A stretch of 64,000 bases of DNA from Amoebidium appalachense (lineage: Eukaryota > Protista > Ichthyosporea). Of this stretch, positions 40,210-56,288 are shown one piece after another. The notes under the pieces were generated by a model that did not search any database, was not told the origin of the DNA, and saw nothing but the letters and a program-made list of their open reading frames with translations. The translations under genes and the position numbers were made by a program. Within the stretch, counting starts at the first letter, position 1. Each line of letters opens with the position of its first letter. The stretch covers positions 3,091,527 through 3,155,526 of the forward strand of contig CAVNZM010000017.1 of NCBI GenBank assembly GCA_963693365.1, read 5' to 3'.

Positions 40210-41262
40210 CTAGTGGTGGAAGGCATAGGTGAGGCCGGCCACGATAACAGAGATGATGACGGCAGACGGACCGTAGAAAGATGCCGAGCTTGGCTGTTCC
40301 TGAATGTCCACAGCATCGAACTGCACGCTCTTAACGTTCCCACAGCGGTAGCAAGGAAGGCACTGACCAGCATTCTGCAAGTAGGAGATGCATGTCAGCT
40401 TTAGCAATGTGGGAATGAGCATGGCCAGCCAGGTAAGAGGACAAGGTAAGAATTACTCGGTTGTTGTGGTTATACTTGAAGCAATCTACAAGTTTGGGAC
40501 ACACACTAAGCGCCAAGGGCGTACAATCAAGCTAATGTAATGTTCTGAACAGTAGGTGTTTGTGAGAGAATGGATGCCATCTATGACATGTATCATCGGA
40601 GCAACGAATTTGTGTGGGCTTGTTGATCCGGACACTACACAAATATTTGCCAACCAAAAGCATATGCAAAGCACTTGCAAGCCACAATAAGCCAGCACAG
40701 ACGGCATGCTCCTTTAAACGTAATTTTCCCTATATCAAGATGTGAAGACTCTTGTGCCTGTTATGTTCATCTGTATCTTCCTTCGCAGCAGTTATGCACT
40801 TGATCCATGTACAGTCACCACCAAACTCGGCGAATTGTTCCCAACACAAACTCCACAAATACATACGAAGAGGATGTCTTCTGGTTTTGGACCGTTGTTC
40901 TGTAATATCACCGTATTATATCAGGAGGTAGCTCTTACCGAAGCACGGATGAAGGCCACCTGCTGGTTGGGGTCGAAGGTGGGTGGGTAGTTCTGGCAGC
41001 TGGTCTGGTCGGGGAACAGCAGGACTTCGTTGGGGACATCAGACACACGGGCGTACTTGTAGCTAGTGCCAAGCTCGGGCACGCTAACGGGAGTAGAAGG
41101 CAGTTCGACACACTGTGTTGCCGAGGCAAGGACGTTGGAAGTCAGAGTGATTGCATTGGTGCTGGTGCAAGCACTGTCTGTGAACAGAGACACCTTGGTG
41201 CCGGTGGCAGCAGAGGCAGCGCCAGCCAGAGCAGCAACGAAGAAAGAAGCAATCTTAACCAT
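40210..41262 (-). CDS. Small secreted, probably GPI-anchored or membrane-tethered Cys-containing protein, 2 exons
   Basis: Signal peptide MVKIASFFVAALAGAASA. Exon 41262-40939 (donor gtaaga) joins in phase to exon 40374-40210, NAGQCLPCYRC...SSAS...AVIISVIVAGLTYAFHH*, which ends in a hydrophobic tail. Confidence 0.8.
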
Positions 41263-42499
41263 TTTCGTTGTTTTTTTCTTAGTGTAAGACAGGGAGTAAA
41301 AGGCGACTTTTACAACGACCTAACGAAACTAGGCTCGGGGGCACGTCAAAATTGAGCTGATGATGGCGTGTGTGTCCCGGTTTTGATAGACATCATTTCG
41401 GGGCGTTGTTGATGTCGACAGCATTCCTCGGAAGTGGCTGAGGGCTTGCGATTGGCTCAAAAGGCAGCGGCTAATCACAAATCGGGAATCTGAAAAAGAC
41501 AACCGGCACATGATTGGGTACTTAAAATTCGTACCACTTCTGATTGGATCGGACCGCATTTGAGCCGTGGTTCCATGAGCCTCCTTCGCGACACGTGACT
41601 ACTAATTCGCATGCGCGAGCCAGCGGGTTCTCAATTAGAGTGCCTCTATAGCACGTGAGTAACAGTATGTAATGGGAGCAAATTATATGCGTTCGTTTCC
41701 CCCTCGTTTTTCTCTTGTACTGCGTTGAAGCAACTGTGAATGCGTAGTTTAAGGACACATCGGCAATGTGCATGTCTGCACCAGTTTCCCAAACCACAAG
41801 CCCCTCGAGCTCTTGTGATTTTGCACGGTCGTTTTCACGCCTTACAACACATGACAGAACACAGGTGATTTCCACCAAAAAACAGGGAGGTTGCCTTGCA
41901 TATGATACCTCAGTGGGTGGTCTCCTACCGTCGACTGTCCTCCTACCGTCGACGCACAGGTACCCGTGTAATCCCTTGCCACCACACATCCTCTTTAGCA
42001 GCATTGCCCGACCCTTTCCTTGTACACCTCGGGCTCCCTGAACTTCCCCACTTGCTGTACAACTGCAGTTGGATTCTCAACCTCCGACAAATTCGTCTTT
42101 CTTCCATTCAATACAGACTGTGCGTGTCTTCCCGTTTTCTCGTTCAACTGCTCTACTTTGTCTTCGGCTGCTTCTGTGTTCTCCATCGCCTTGTCCATCA
42201 CCTTTCACAACATCAGCTTACTATTCTATAGCCTGCCGAAGCTTCTTTCTTGTCGTAGTCTCACCATCAATCTGTGGCCGTTAGGGAAACATCACCAGCT
42301 ACTGCAGTATACACACACTTTTCCGTTAACTTTCCAGTGAGCTCTACAACTACAAGTCCCTGCCAAATCACAGCCACTGTGACAGCCACAGCCAATGCGA
42401 GTGCACAGGTGGAATTCGGGAATTCAGCTCCGCCACTTATCTCCATTCTTTTGCAGCCAACACACGTGCCTTCCATTCACATGTTCCTCACAGTTTGCC

Positions 42500-43700
42500 A
42501 GCCAACTTGCAACACATCTGCCTCGTATCTGCTTGAATACCCAGCCACACATAACTGCCACATATCTGTTGATGAATTTATACAACAACACATCTGCTTC
42601 CACATATCTGCCACACATCTGAACCACATAGCTGCCACACATTTTGTACACACACTTTGTACAATCTTCCAGATATCTTCCGAGCATCTCCCATCTATCT
42701 GACTGAGATATCTGCCAAATATCTCAAGTTGCCACACATCTGCCCAATACCTGCTACACGACTGATATCAGCGGTGTGATCTTCCACACGTCGATGTCTC
42801 GAATCCGCCAAATATCTGCTGGATATCTCCCTTCACATAACTGCCGCATATCTGCAATATCTGCAACCGAACATTTCCTTTCACATATCTGACATAACTA
42901 CAATCGAATATCTTCTTTCAACTATCTGCCAAACAACTGCAATCAAATACCTCTTTCCACATATCTGTCTGATATCTGCTTTCACATGTGCGCCACTTCA
43001 TTGGTATCGATTATCTCCTTTCACATATCTGCCACCATAAGTGCAATCGAATATCCCTCCTTGCACATATCTGCCATCATAACTGCAATCGATTATCCCT
43101 CCTTGCACATATTTGCCACCATAACTGCTCCTTTCACATATCTGCCCGATATCTCTTTTCAACATATCTGCCCGATATCTGCTGCCACATATCTGCCACA
43201 TAACTGCGATCGAATATCTCCTTTCACAGATCTGCCCGATATCTGCTGCTATTATCTGCCACATAACTGCGATCGAATATCTCTTTTCACACATCTGTCC
43301 GATACCTCTTTCCCATATCTGCCACCATAACTGCAATGAATATCTCCTTACCCGATAAATCTTTCACCTATCTGCCACACAACTGCAATCGAATATCTCC
43401 TCACATATGCATATCTGCCCGATATCTGCTGCCACATTTCTGCCGTATCAGCCTGTGATCCTGCCACGTGCCTATTGGATAACTGCAACAGATCCAGATT
43501 CGAATTGGCGCGACATATCTGGCAACTTGTCTTCCCGGTATCTACAGTCGGATATCTGCCTGATATCAGCAATCGAATATCTCCTCACATCGGCAATCAA
43601 ATTCCTGCCTGATAAAGCAAATATCTGCCTCATACCTGCCTACAAGGTCTCCCAAACTGAAGTCCTCTTTGGCAACCAGTCACATATCTCCATATATCTC
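42500..43700. repeat. Degenerate short-motif array (CATATCTGCC / ATAACTGCAATCGAATATCTC)
   Basis: Dozens of shuffled copies of ATATCTGCC and several of ATCGAATATCTC. Resembles DNA-transposon subterminal repeats. Confidence 0.85.
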
Positions 43701-43825
43701 GTTTTCGAAATCATACCTTTGCTATTTCTTTACCTATCAGCAAGGTGGTTTGCCTTCGCTGGTCATCCTAGCACCCTCATGACACCGGCACCCATCACCA
43801 TCCGCTAACTAAGTGCCCCCAACCT

Positions 43826-44518
43826 GCCTGTATGCTTGCTCGTAAACTGGTATCCAGTTTGCGGTTGCACTCATTCCAGCATGGGTGAAACCTGCTAAAC
43901 AATGAATACCTCCCCCCCCCCCCCCCCCCCCCCCCTTCTCCCCTGCCTCTCCCCCTCCCCCCTCTCCCCCGCCCCCATTCCATCCCCGCACCCCCCCAAA
44001 AAAGAAAAGAAGAGAAAATAACAGCAAAGAAACAAACACGTCTGCTTGCATAAACTGGTATCTAGTTTGCGGTTGCACTCATTTCAGCATGGGTGCAACC
44101 TGCTAAACATTGAATACCTCTCCCCCCCCCCCCCCCCCCCCCCCCCCCTTCCCTCTCCCCCCCCCCCCCCCCCCCCCCCCCCCCGCTTCTCCCTCCCCCC
44201 TCCCCCTCCCCCCCCCTCCCCCCTCCCCCCCAACAACAACAAAAAAAGAGAAGAAAAAAGCATCTGCATGCTTGCTCCTATACTGGTATCCAGCTGCGGT
44301 TGCACTCATTTCAGCATGGGTGCAACCCTGCTAAACATGGAATACTTACTCCCCCCCCCCCCCCCCCCCCCTCCCCCCCCCCCCCCCCCAAAAAAAAAAA
44401 AGAAAGAAAGAAAGAAAAGAAAGAAAGAAAGAAAACGGTATGCTTGCTCGTGAACTGGTATCCAGTTTGCGGTTGCACTTATTTCAGCATGGGTGCAACC
44501 TGCTAAACACTGATTACC
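43826..44518. repeat. Four-copy tandem array of a hairpin-forming ~80-nt core separated by poly-C and A-rich spacers
   Basis: Hairpins at 43849-43910, 44057-44118, 44285-44346 and 44457-44518. Confidence 0.9.
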
Positions 44519-45309
44519 TGCCATCCTACCCCCCCCAACCCTCCCCCCCCCCCCCCACCCCCCCCCCCCCCCCCTCCCCCCTCCCCCCCCTCCCCCCCCC
44601 CCCCCCCCCTCCCCGCCCCTCCCCCCACCCCAATCCATACTCAGGCTGTAGGTACTGTTGTTGTTTGGGGGTATGCGCATGTAAATTAAATGCGGCTGGT
44701 TATATATGGATGATTTGTCCTTTCATACCCGTAGACTCGGTTATTGGCCCATAAAACAACACGGATACATGCATCGTGTATGTGCCACATGCATACAATG
44801 ACACACCAAAAACACAACAATATCCAGCAGATCCCCCCAACCCCCCCCCCCCCCCCCCCCTTCCCCCTCCCCCCCTTCCTCGCCCCTCTCCCTCCCACCT
44901 ACTCAGGCATTGCGGTTCTGTGTGTTGTGCATGCATATGTGTGTGCCACGATGTGGGTGTGCACACGTGTGCATTATGCATGTTGTGCATGTTCGTGTTT
45001 GTGTTTGTGTGTGTGCGCGCCCCATGTGCCCATGTGGGAACTGGCATCTGTGCACGTATGAGTGCGTACTATTTAGGCGTGAGTGAGAGAGTGGGTGCAA
45101 GTTTGTGTGTGTAAATCGACGGGTTTGTGCTTGAGCGTGAGTGTGTGTGTGTGTGCATGCGGGGACGTGTGCGCATGTGTGCTGCAAAGGAGAATATAGA
45201 AGAGGACCATGATATGTTACCATCGATTAGCTTGATTCATTTCATACATCCTCCCCACCCCCAACCCATCCCCTCCCCCTTGTCCTTCCCAGGCCCCGCA
45301 TCCCCCCCC

Positions 45310-45340
<31 letters not shown>

Positions 45341-45500
45341 ACACTCTCTCTCTCTCTCTCTTCCCCACCCAAAACACACATGAATCACCCACACGAATCC
45401 GCACCCAGAGCTGTAAATTTATGCGCAGCACGCAGGCTACAGGCTGCAAGAGGTTATAAATCCTTCGTTTGCAATGTGTAGACCTCCCCCCCCCCCAACA

Positions 45501-45750
45501 CATGCACTATACCTTTCCCCATAGCTAAAGGCCACCCTCCCCTCTCCCCCCCCCCCCCCCCCCCCTTCCCCCCCCAATACATGCACTATACCTTTCCCCA
45601 TAGCTAAAGGCCACCCTCCCCTCCCCCTCCCCCCCCCCTCCCCCCCAATACATGCACTATACCTTTCCTCATAGCTAAAGGCCACCCCCCCCCCCCCCCC
45701 CCCCCCAATACATGCACTATACCTTTCCCTGTAGCTAAAGGCCACCCTCC
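45501..45750. repeat. Four-copy ~37-bp repeat separated by poly-C
   Basis: CATGCACTATACCTTTCCCCATAGCTAAAGGCCACCC at 45501, 45580, 45651 and 45711. Confidence 0.9.
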
Positions 45751-47693
45751 CCTCCCCCCCTCCCCCCTCCCCCCGCCCCCCCCCCCCCCCCACACACACA
45801 CAAACACACATGCGCACACACACATACAAACATACACATTCCACCCCTTTTGGTCTTCCACTTTATTTGGCCTTTCACGCATTCAGCTTGATGGTAAAAT
45901 CGAGATGCAGAGCAGTGCATACCGTATCTTTGTTCCCGCCCACCACACATTCCCCCTCCCAGAACCCTCCACCTTCGCCCCTCCCCCCCACCATTTCCCT
46001 CCCATTTTTTCCTTTCGGGGACCCACGACTCCCCTCCCTGCAATGATGAAAGCTCTCCAACCTCCGCCCCTCCCCCTCCTCTTCCCCTCCCCCCTCCAAC
46101 CCCCCCCCCCCCCCCAAAAAAAAAAAAAAAAAAAAAAACCTTCCCCTCCCCCCTCCCCCCCCCCCCCCCCCCCCCCTCCCCCTCCCCTCCCTCCCCCACG
46201 CACGTGCACGCACACACACACACACATACATGCAAGTAGACGTTTCATGATCAATTTGTGCTGCTGCGTACACAGTTTTAACATACACACCACACTGTCA
46301 TGACATGTACACACCATCGAATCAGTGTACGGTCACTCTCAAGCTTTCAGTGCACACAGTGTCACTAAGCTTGTGCGCCGTGCACGTTCAACCACCTGCT
46401 ACCAGCACACGTAACTGGGCCTCAATGATTCGCCTGGTAGTAACCGTCTTCACTGTACCCTTTATTTTTGACCTTATTCAGGCATATGCATAGAAATGAT
46501 CCAAAAAGTTTCCCTCTCGTGTTACGTACGACGCAGCAACTCAATAGTTACCACCAGCGCAGCTAGCGCTACAAAAGCTGTTATTACTTGGTAAGCTGCC
46601 ACCTGGAATATTCCTGACCCTAAGAACACCGGTACCTGCTACCAGCCACATGCACCTACATTAACTCCAAGTTCTGTTCTAACGTGTTACACCTTAAATT
46701 TTAAGTGGAAGGTTGACAGGCCTGCATATCTCTGGGAACTCCGATAGTAATTGGGGGGGCGGGGGGGGGGGGGGGGGGGGGGGGGGAGGAGGGGGGAGGG
46801 GAAGGGGGTAGGGGGAGCCGGGGGGGGAGGATGTGAAAGATATACAGCATGGACTCGGTACCGGTCGGTACAGGTTCACTTTAAAGTAGTAATGCAGATA
46901 TGCAAAAAAGAACGAACACACAAAGACTATATGCACCACCCGGCTGCCGGACGGATGGGGAAGGGAGGGGCGGAGAGGGGGGGGGGGGGGGGGGTAGGCA
47001 TGTGGCTGCAGAAGTATGAAGCCCCAGTTCACAACGGATAATGTAATGTAGACATGCAAAAAAAAGAACATGTAAGCACACAGAGTATACAACTCATGCT
47101 CTTAGCAATTACACTATGCCCCGCACAAGACCAAGGATATTGTTTTTTGTTGAAATTGCCACCCAGTGGCATAACACCAATTCTCCAGCAAATCAGACAC
47201 AACCATTCATGCTGTAATCAACATTTCAAACCCCTACATATCAATTCATTGTAACCCCCCCCCCCCCCCCCCCCCCCCCTCCTTCCCAAGTGCTACCCAC
47301 CACCGCACAACTTGCGACACACAAAAGAGGTGAGGGAAGGAAGCATAAGAATAAGAAAGCGAAGAAGAGAGCCCGTCCCCCCCACCCACTACCCAAGTTA
47401 CGTTATTTACAGACATTCGTGCCTTACCCCACCAGTGACCTACTTTCTTCACAACCTGAAACCAGAAGTCGTCATCGATTCGAAAAGATACAAATGTAGT
47501 GTTTGCCCATGCCACCCTAGGTTCAGAACACACCGCACCCAGAATCCCTTTCCTAGAGTGTTCCAACCACACCACCACACTTGACTCTCCCAAACCACCA
47601 CATACTTCCCATTTCGTAATATTGTCCCCCCCCCCCCCCCCCCCCCCCCCCTCCCCCCGCGCCCCCTCCCTCCTCCCCCACCCCAACCTGATT

Positions 47694-51872
<4,179 letters not shown>

Positions 51873-52317
51873 GTTGTCGAGTGAAGAAAGAATGTAGCAA
51901 AATGAGAGGGTTTGGAAAGGAAGAATTGCACAGGCACCTATGTTACCACTAGTGCTTCTTTGCTTGATTTGTTGCCATCAATTCGGTAGAAATCCTTTAT
52001 GCTATACTCTTCAATGATTCACATGTGATTACTTGGTGCCACACACACAACACGCTCCTTCCCTTTATTCTCAAATCCGCAGCTCGTCTTGGGATGTCGA
52101 ACACTAGTCTCCAAGGATATGTACCCACTGGCTTACGCGATAATCATAGGGAGCCCCTATACGTAAGTGGCCAGGCACTAGTGGAAAGGAACAAAATCGA
52201 TTTGCATACCACTGCTGTAGAGTTACCTGATTGGTTAAAATTGAAAACGTATAAACCAATCAAAAGCTTTTAACGGAGTTTTTTTTTGGCGGGAAGATTC
52301 GTGATATTACAAATTGT

Positions 52318-53326
52318 CAGGGTTCGAAGGACGGTGGAGCCCATTAACGGAAGTCGAAATCCCGTTTCGGAAAACCTCTTCGAAAATCGGAATGCTCGGT
52401 CGGAGCAGGCCCACCAAAAATCGTAATCGTCGCGCATCAGTAAACTTGAGTACTTGTACTTGAGTTGGTTAACATTGTGAGAATAATCCCAATTAGTAAC
52501 TTGAGTTGGTTAACATTGTGAGAATAATCCCAATTAGTAATGCAACAAGTGAACGTGGCTTCTCTGGTGTGAATATCATTAAGACTTCTCTCAAAGCACG
52601 CCGTGACAACACAGACAGTGCACAATCAGCTCATGATAGCCATGAATGGGCCGGATATAGAGGCAGATGTGAAGCACGTGAAAGCTGAGCTTAAGTTTCG
52701 GAAAGAAATGGCTAAGAAATTATTTAAAGAGGGCAAACTGAAAGGGTTGACTGTAGAAGGGGCCAAGGAGCAGCTGGGAAAGGCCCAGCCACGTGGCCGA
52801 GGCAGCAGCCCAAAAGAAGGCTCTGGCAGATTTCCTGGCTTTTGACTGGAACAGGGTGCACAATGTGTATATTGCCAACCCTTTCAAATAAATTGGATCT
52901 CTGACAACACACCAGCACCTAGTAACCGTCAAGTAGTGTCCCTTGTTTTTATTTAAAAATTCTGGGGGAGGGGAGGGGAGCCTCGGGAGGGAGGGGGGGG
53001 GGGGGAGGGGGGGGGGGGGAGTGAGTTGAGGCAGCAACATGGAAAGCTCAGCTAGGCAGAAATCGCATGTTTGGGGGGGGGGGGGGAGGGGGGCCCGGGG
53101 GGGGGGGGGAAGAAAATCACGTTGGGTGGTTGTGTTCGTGTTTGTGTGTGTGTGAGTATTTTTCTTTGCAATTGTGTGTGCGTGTGTGGTGGGTATATGT
53201 ATGCACGGCGTACGCGTGTGTGTCTGTGACAGTGTATGTGTACAGGTGTCAGTGTGTGGGTGTGTGTATTTGTGTCAGCGGTAATCGGTGTGTGTGTGTC
53301 TATGTTGTGTGCATGTGTGCACATGT

Positions 53327-53357
<31 letters not shown>

Positions 53358-53576
53358 CTTGTGTGTGTGTGTGCATGACATTGTGTGCATGTGTGTGTGT
53401 GTTTTGTGTCAACAGTTATGGTGTGTGTGTATGTATGTAGTGTGTTGTGGTATGTATGTGTGTGTGTGTGCAGTGTGGTGTGTATGTATGCAGGGTGTGT
53501 GTGTCTGTGTATGTGTGTGTACATGCCAGTGTGGGTGTGTGTGTTTGTACCAACGGTTTCTTGTGTGTGTGTGCGT

Positions 53577-53612
<36 letters not shown>

Positions 53613-54579
53613 CACGGGGTGTGTGTGCTTGCGCCGTGTACATGGTCACGGTGTGTGTGTGCAGTGTAAGTGTGTGTGTGCGTGCGTGTGTGTGTGTGTG
53701 TTTGTGTGTGTGTGGGTGGGTAGGTGCATAGCATGTGATTGTACAGGGTGGATGCATGTGCACGTTTGAAATACAGTTATCATGATCTGAGATAGTATGT
53801 GCCTGTGCACGTGTACTAGCCTAGGTCACATGTGGTGTCACGGCTCACGTGTATGTGGGGTGCATGTGTGTCTTTGCAATTGAACGGAACACAGTGGTGC
53901 ACAGTACTAGTGTGTGTATTGCCTGCCATTTAAGACACGTGCCACTGATCGTTGATACACGTGGCACCTGCACCTGGTGGCAGTCGACTCTGAGCATCTA
54001 GATCCATTCCATGTTTAGGCCTTCCTGGGGGGGAAGGGGGGGGGGGGGGGAGTACTAGTGGGGGGGGGGGGGGGGAGGGGGGGGGATCCGCCTGAGAGGG
54101 GAGGGGGGGGGGAGAGGGGGTGAGGCCGGAGCGGCGGTGGGGGAGAAGGAGGGGCAGCACTGGTGGAGGGAACGATGGGCAGCGGAGGAGGGGGGGAATG
54201 GGGTTCGATTTCTGTGGGGGGGAAAGTTTCGAAGTGGAGGCCGGCCTATATACATGCGCAGGCACATGCATTGTATGTTCATGTGGCCATGCATGGCTAT
54301 GATGCAGATGTGGTGTCACGGCTGTGTGTGTTTAAATGTGTGTGTGTGTGTCTGTCTGTGTGTGTGTGTGTGTGTGCGCGTGGGTGTGTGCATAAATGTG
54401 TTTGGTGTGACAACATGTACATGTGCATGCTAGGCTGGCACTCTAGTCAGGGTCTGCCATTGAACATTCTACAGGGAACGGGAGACACGTACGTACGTGT
54501 GCAGCTTGTGTGGGTGGTGTATGCCCCGTGTATGATGAGACCTGCGAAGTCATGGGGAGCTTCTCCCCGGGGGCCGGGG

Positions 54580-54620
<41 letters not shown>

Positions 54621-54710
54621 CTCGGGCGTTCCGATTCGGCCGGGACGATTTTCGGAACTGTGTTTTCAAATATCGGAAATTCCGATTTTTTTTCGTAACT
54701 TCGAACCCTG
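52318..54710 (+). mobile_element. Non-autonomous hAT transposon, ~2.4 kb
   Basis: Perfect 12-bp TIR CAGGGTTCGAAG / CTTCGAACCCTG, CCGA/TCGG-rich subterminal regions, and a frameshifted hAT dimerisation-domain remnant at about 52506-52660 (IIPISNATSERGFSGVNIIKT...LMIAMNGPD). Confidence 0.88.
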
Positions 54711-55325
54711 ATTACAATTACAATAGGACGGTTCACATCGCAGGCCGTGCGCAGGCATCATCATGGTTGAGCACACTCGCCACACAGTGTGTATACGTAT
54801 ATACGGCCCGTTCCAGTTTCTGAGTTTTCGCCTCGCTGTTGAAAACCTCATTATTTTCCTGTTTCTGTTTTCCCACACGTCTCATTGAAATGTTAGCTCA
54901 TTTGCACGCCGAAGCGCTAGCGCTCTTACGAAAGTGCACTTGGCGACCTGGGAAACCTGAGCCCGAGGTCCCGAAAGCGAGCATACAACCGTGAATACTC
55001 GAAACTTGCAAGGAAGCGAAAAGAGGGAAGAAACATTAAACGAAAAGCTGAAAGTGAATTAGTGGATTTTTTCTTTCCTGCTTTTCCTTAGCGTTTCAAA
55101 GTCACAGTGTTTTTTTCAACCGAGTTTCCAGTTGTGTCAACGGCAAAGGTTTTTTTTTTTTGGAATGCGTCTTTTGTAGCGATTGGTTGAAACAGCACCA
55201 TGGCTCAACAGCGTTGACCAATAGCAGCTCGCCAAAACCGCGGTAAATCGGCGTGCAAATCGATTTTGTAACAATCCTTTCAAAGTTTCCACCCCAAACG
55301 ACAAAAAAAAAAAAGCCACAAACGA

Positions 55326-55364
<39 letters not shown>

Positions 55365-55368
<4 letters not shown>

Positions 55369-55629
55369 CGCAGGGAAGACAGCACTCAGAGTCTGATATT
55401 CTTAGTTCACGATAAGCTACGTCACCGCCATTCCATTTCTTTGATATATCAATACGATTGTTTGAATGGAGTGTACACAAAAAGGAAAAAAAAAAAAAAA
55501 AAAAAAAAGGGCCGCAGGGAAGACAGCACTCAGAGTCTGATATTCTTAGTTCACGATAAGCTACGTCACCGCCATTCCATTTCTTTGATATATCAATACG
55601 ATTGTTTGAATGGAGTGTACACAAAAAGG
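55365..55629. repeat. Exact ~121-bp tandem duplication separated by poly-A
   Basis: GGGCCGCAGGGAAGAC...GTGTACACAAAAAGG at about 55365-55486 and 55509-55629. Confidence 0.9.
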
Positions 55630-56288
55630 CGTACACTCGAGCATTTTAGATTAAGGAATCCGATTCAGACCACATACAGGGCTTTCATTGGTCGACATCC
55701 CACCCAGTCCTCCGACCAGAGCGCCAAAACAGCCGATGCCCAGTTAAGTGAGATAAGAACATGATTGGCTGATAATTCTTAGTCTTTTCCACGTGCACCG
55801 TCCGTGGAATTTGGCGTAGTGGTACCATTGATCGGCCCTTACTGAACAAAAATTATATAAAAGCTGGCCATAGTTTGTTGCTACCCCACAGCACTCGAAC
55901 GTTTTATAAGTGAGGAATAGAATGCACCTTCAATATGCTTTATTTTATGTGAGAACAGTGAGACTCGGTACGTACATGCCATCATGACAACGCAATCCCT
56001 GGGTCCGCAATCCTATTGGCTACGCTGAATCGTTACGAACAATACGCCCTTATTATTCGTTAACTATCACGCTAATTCAAAAATCGTTTTTTAAACCAAT
56101 CCAAATGCATATAATATCCCTGTTTGCGAGCCAGTCTGACCAAATGCTCACCGTGGCAAACACAACACAACCGGCATCAAAAAAACGGCGTTTGAGTCAA
56201 CACCAAATTCATAGTGTGTGAAAGCTGTGGATAATAGAATAAGACTCTCTTTCTTGTGGGTCTTTTGGTTCCATAAATATTTAACAAT

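Noticed and set aside
43826-44518. Repeated coding exons (AGFTHAGMSATANWIPVYEQAY)
   Set aside because: Frame-breaking indels between copies and no consistent splice donors.
45501-45750. CRISPR-like array (37-bp repeats)
   Set aside because: Spacers are poly-C rather than unique sequence, there are no cas genes, and the context is eukaryotic.
55365-55629. SINE or ncRNA dimer
   Set aside because: No Pol III boxes or recognisable RNA; identical copies between A-tracts suggest slippage or an assembly artefact.
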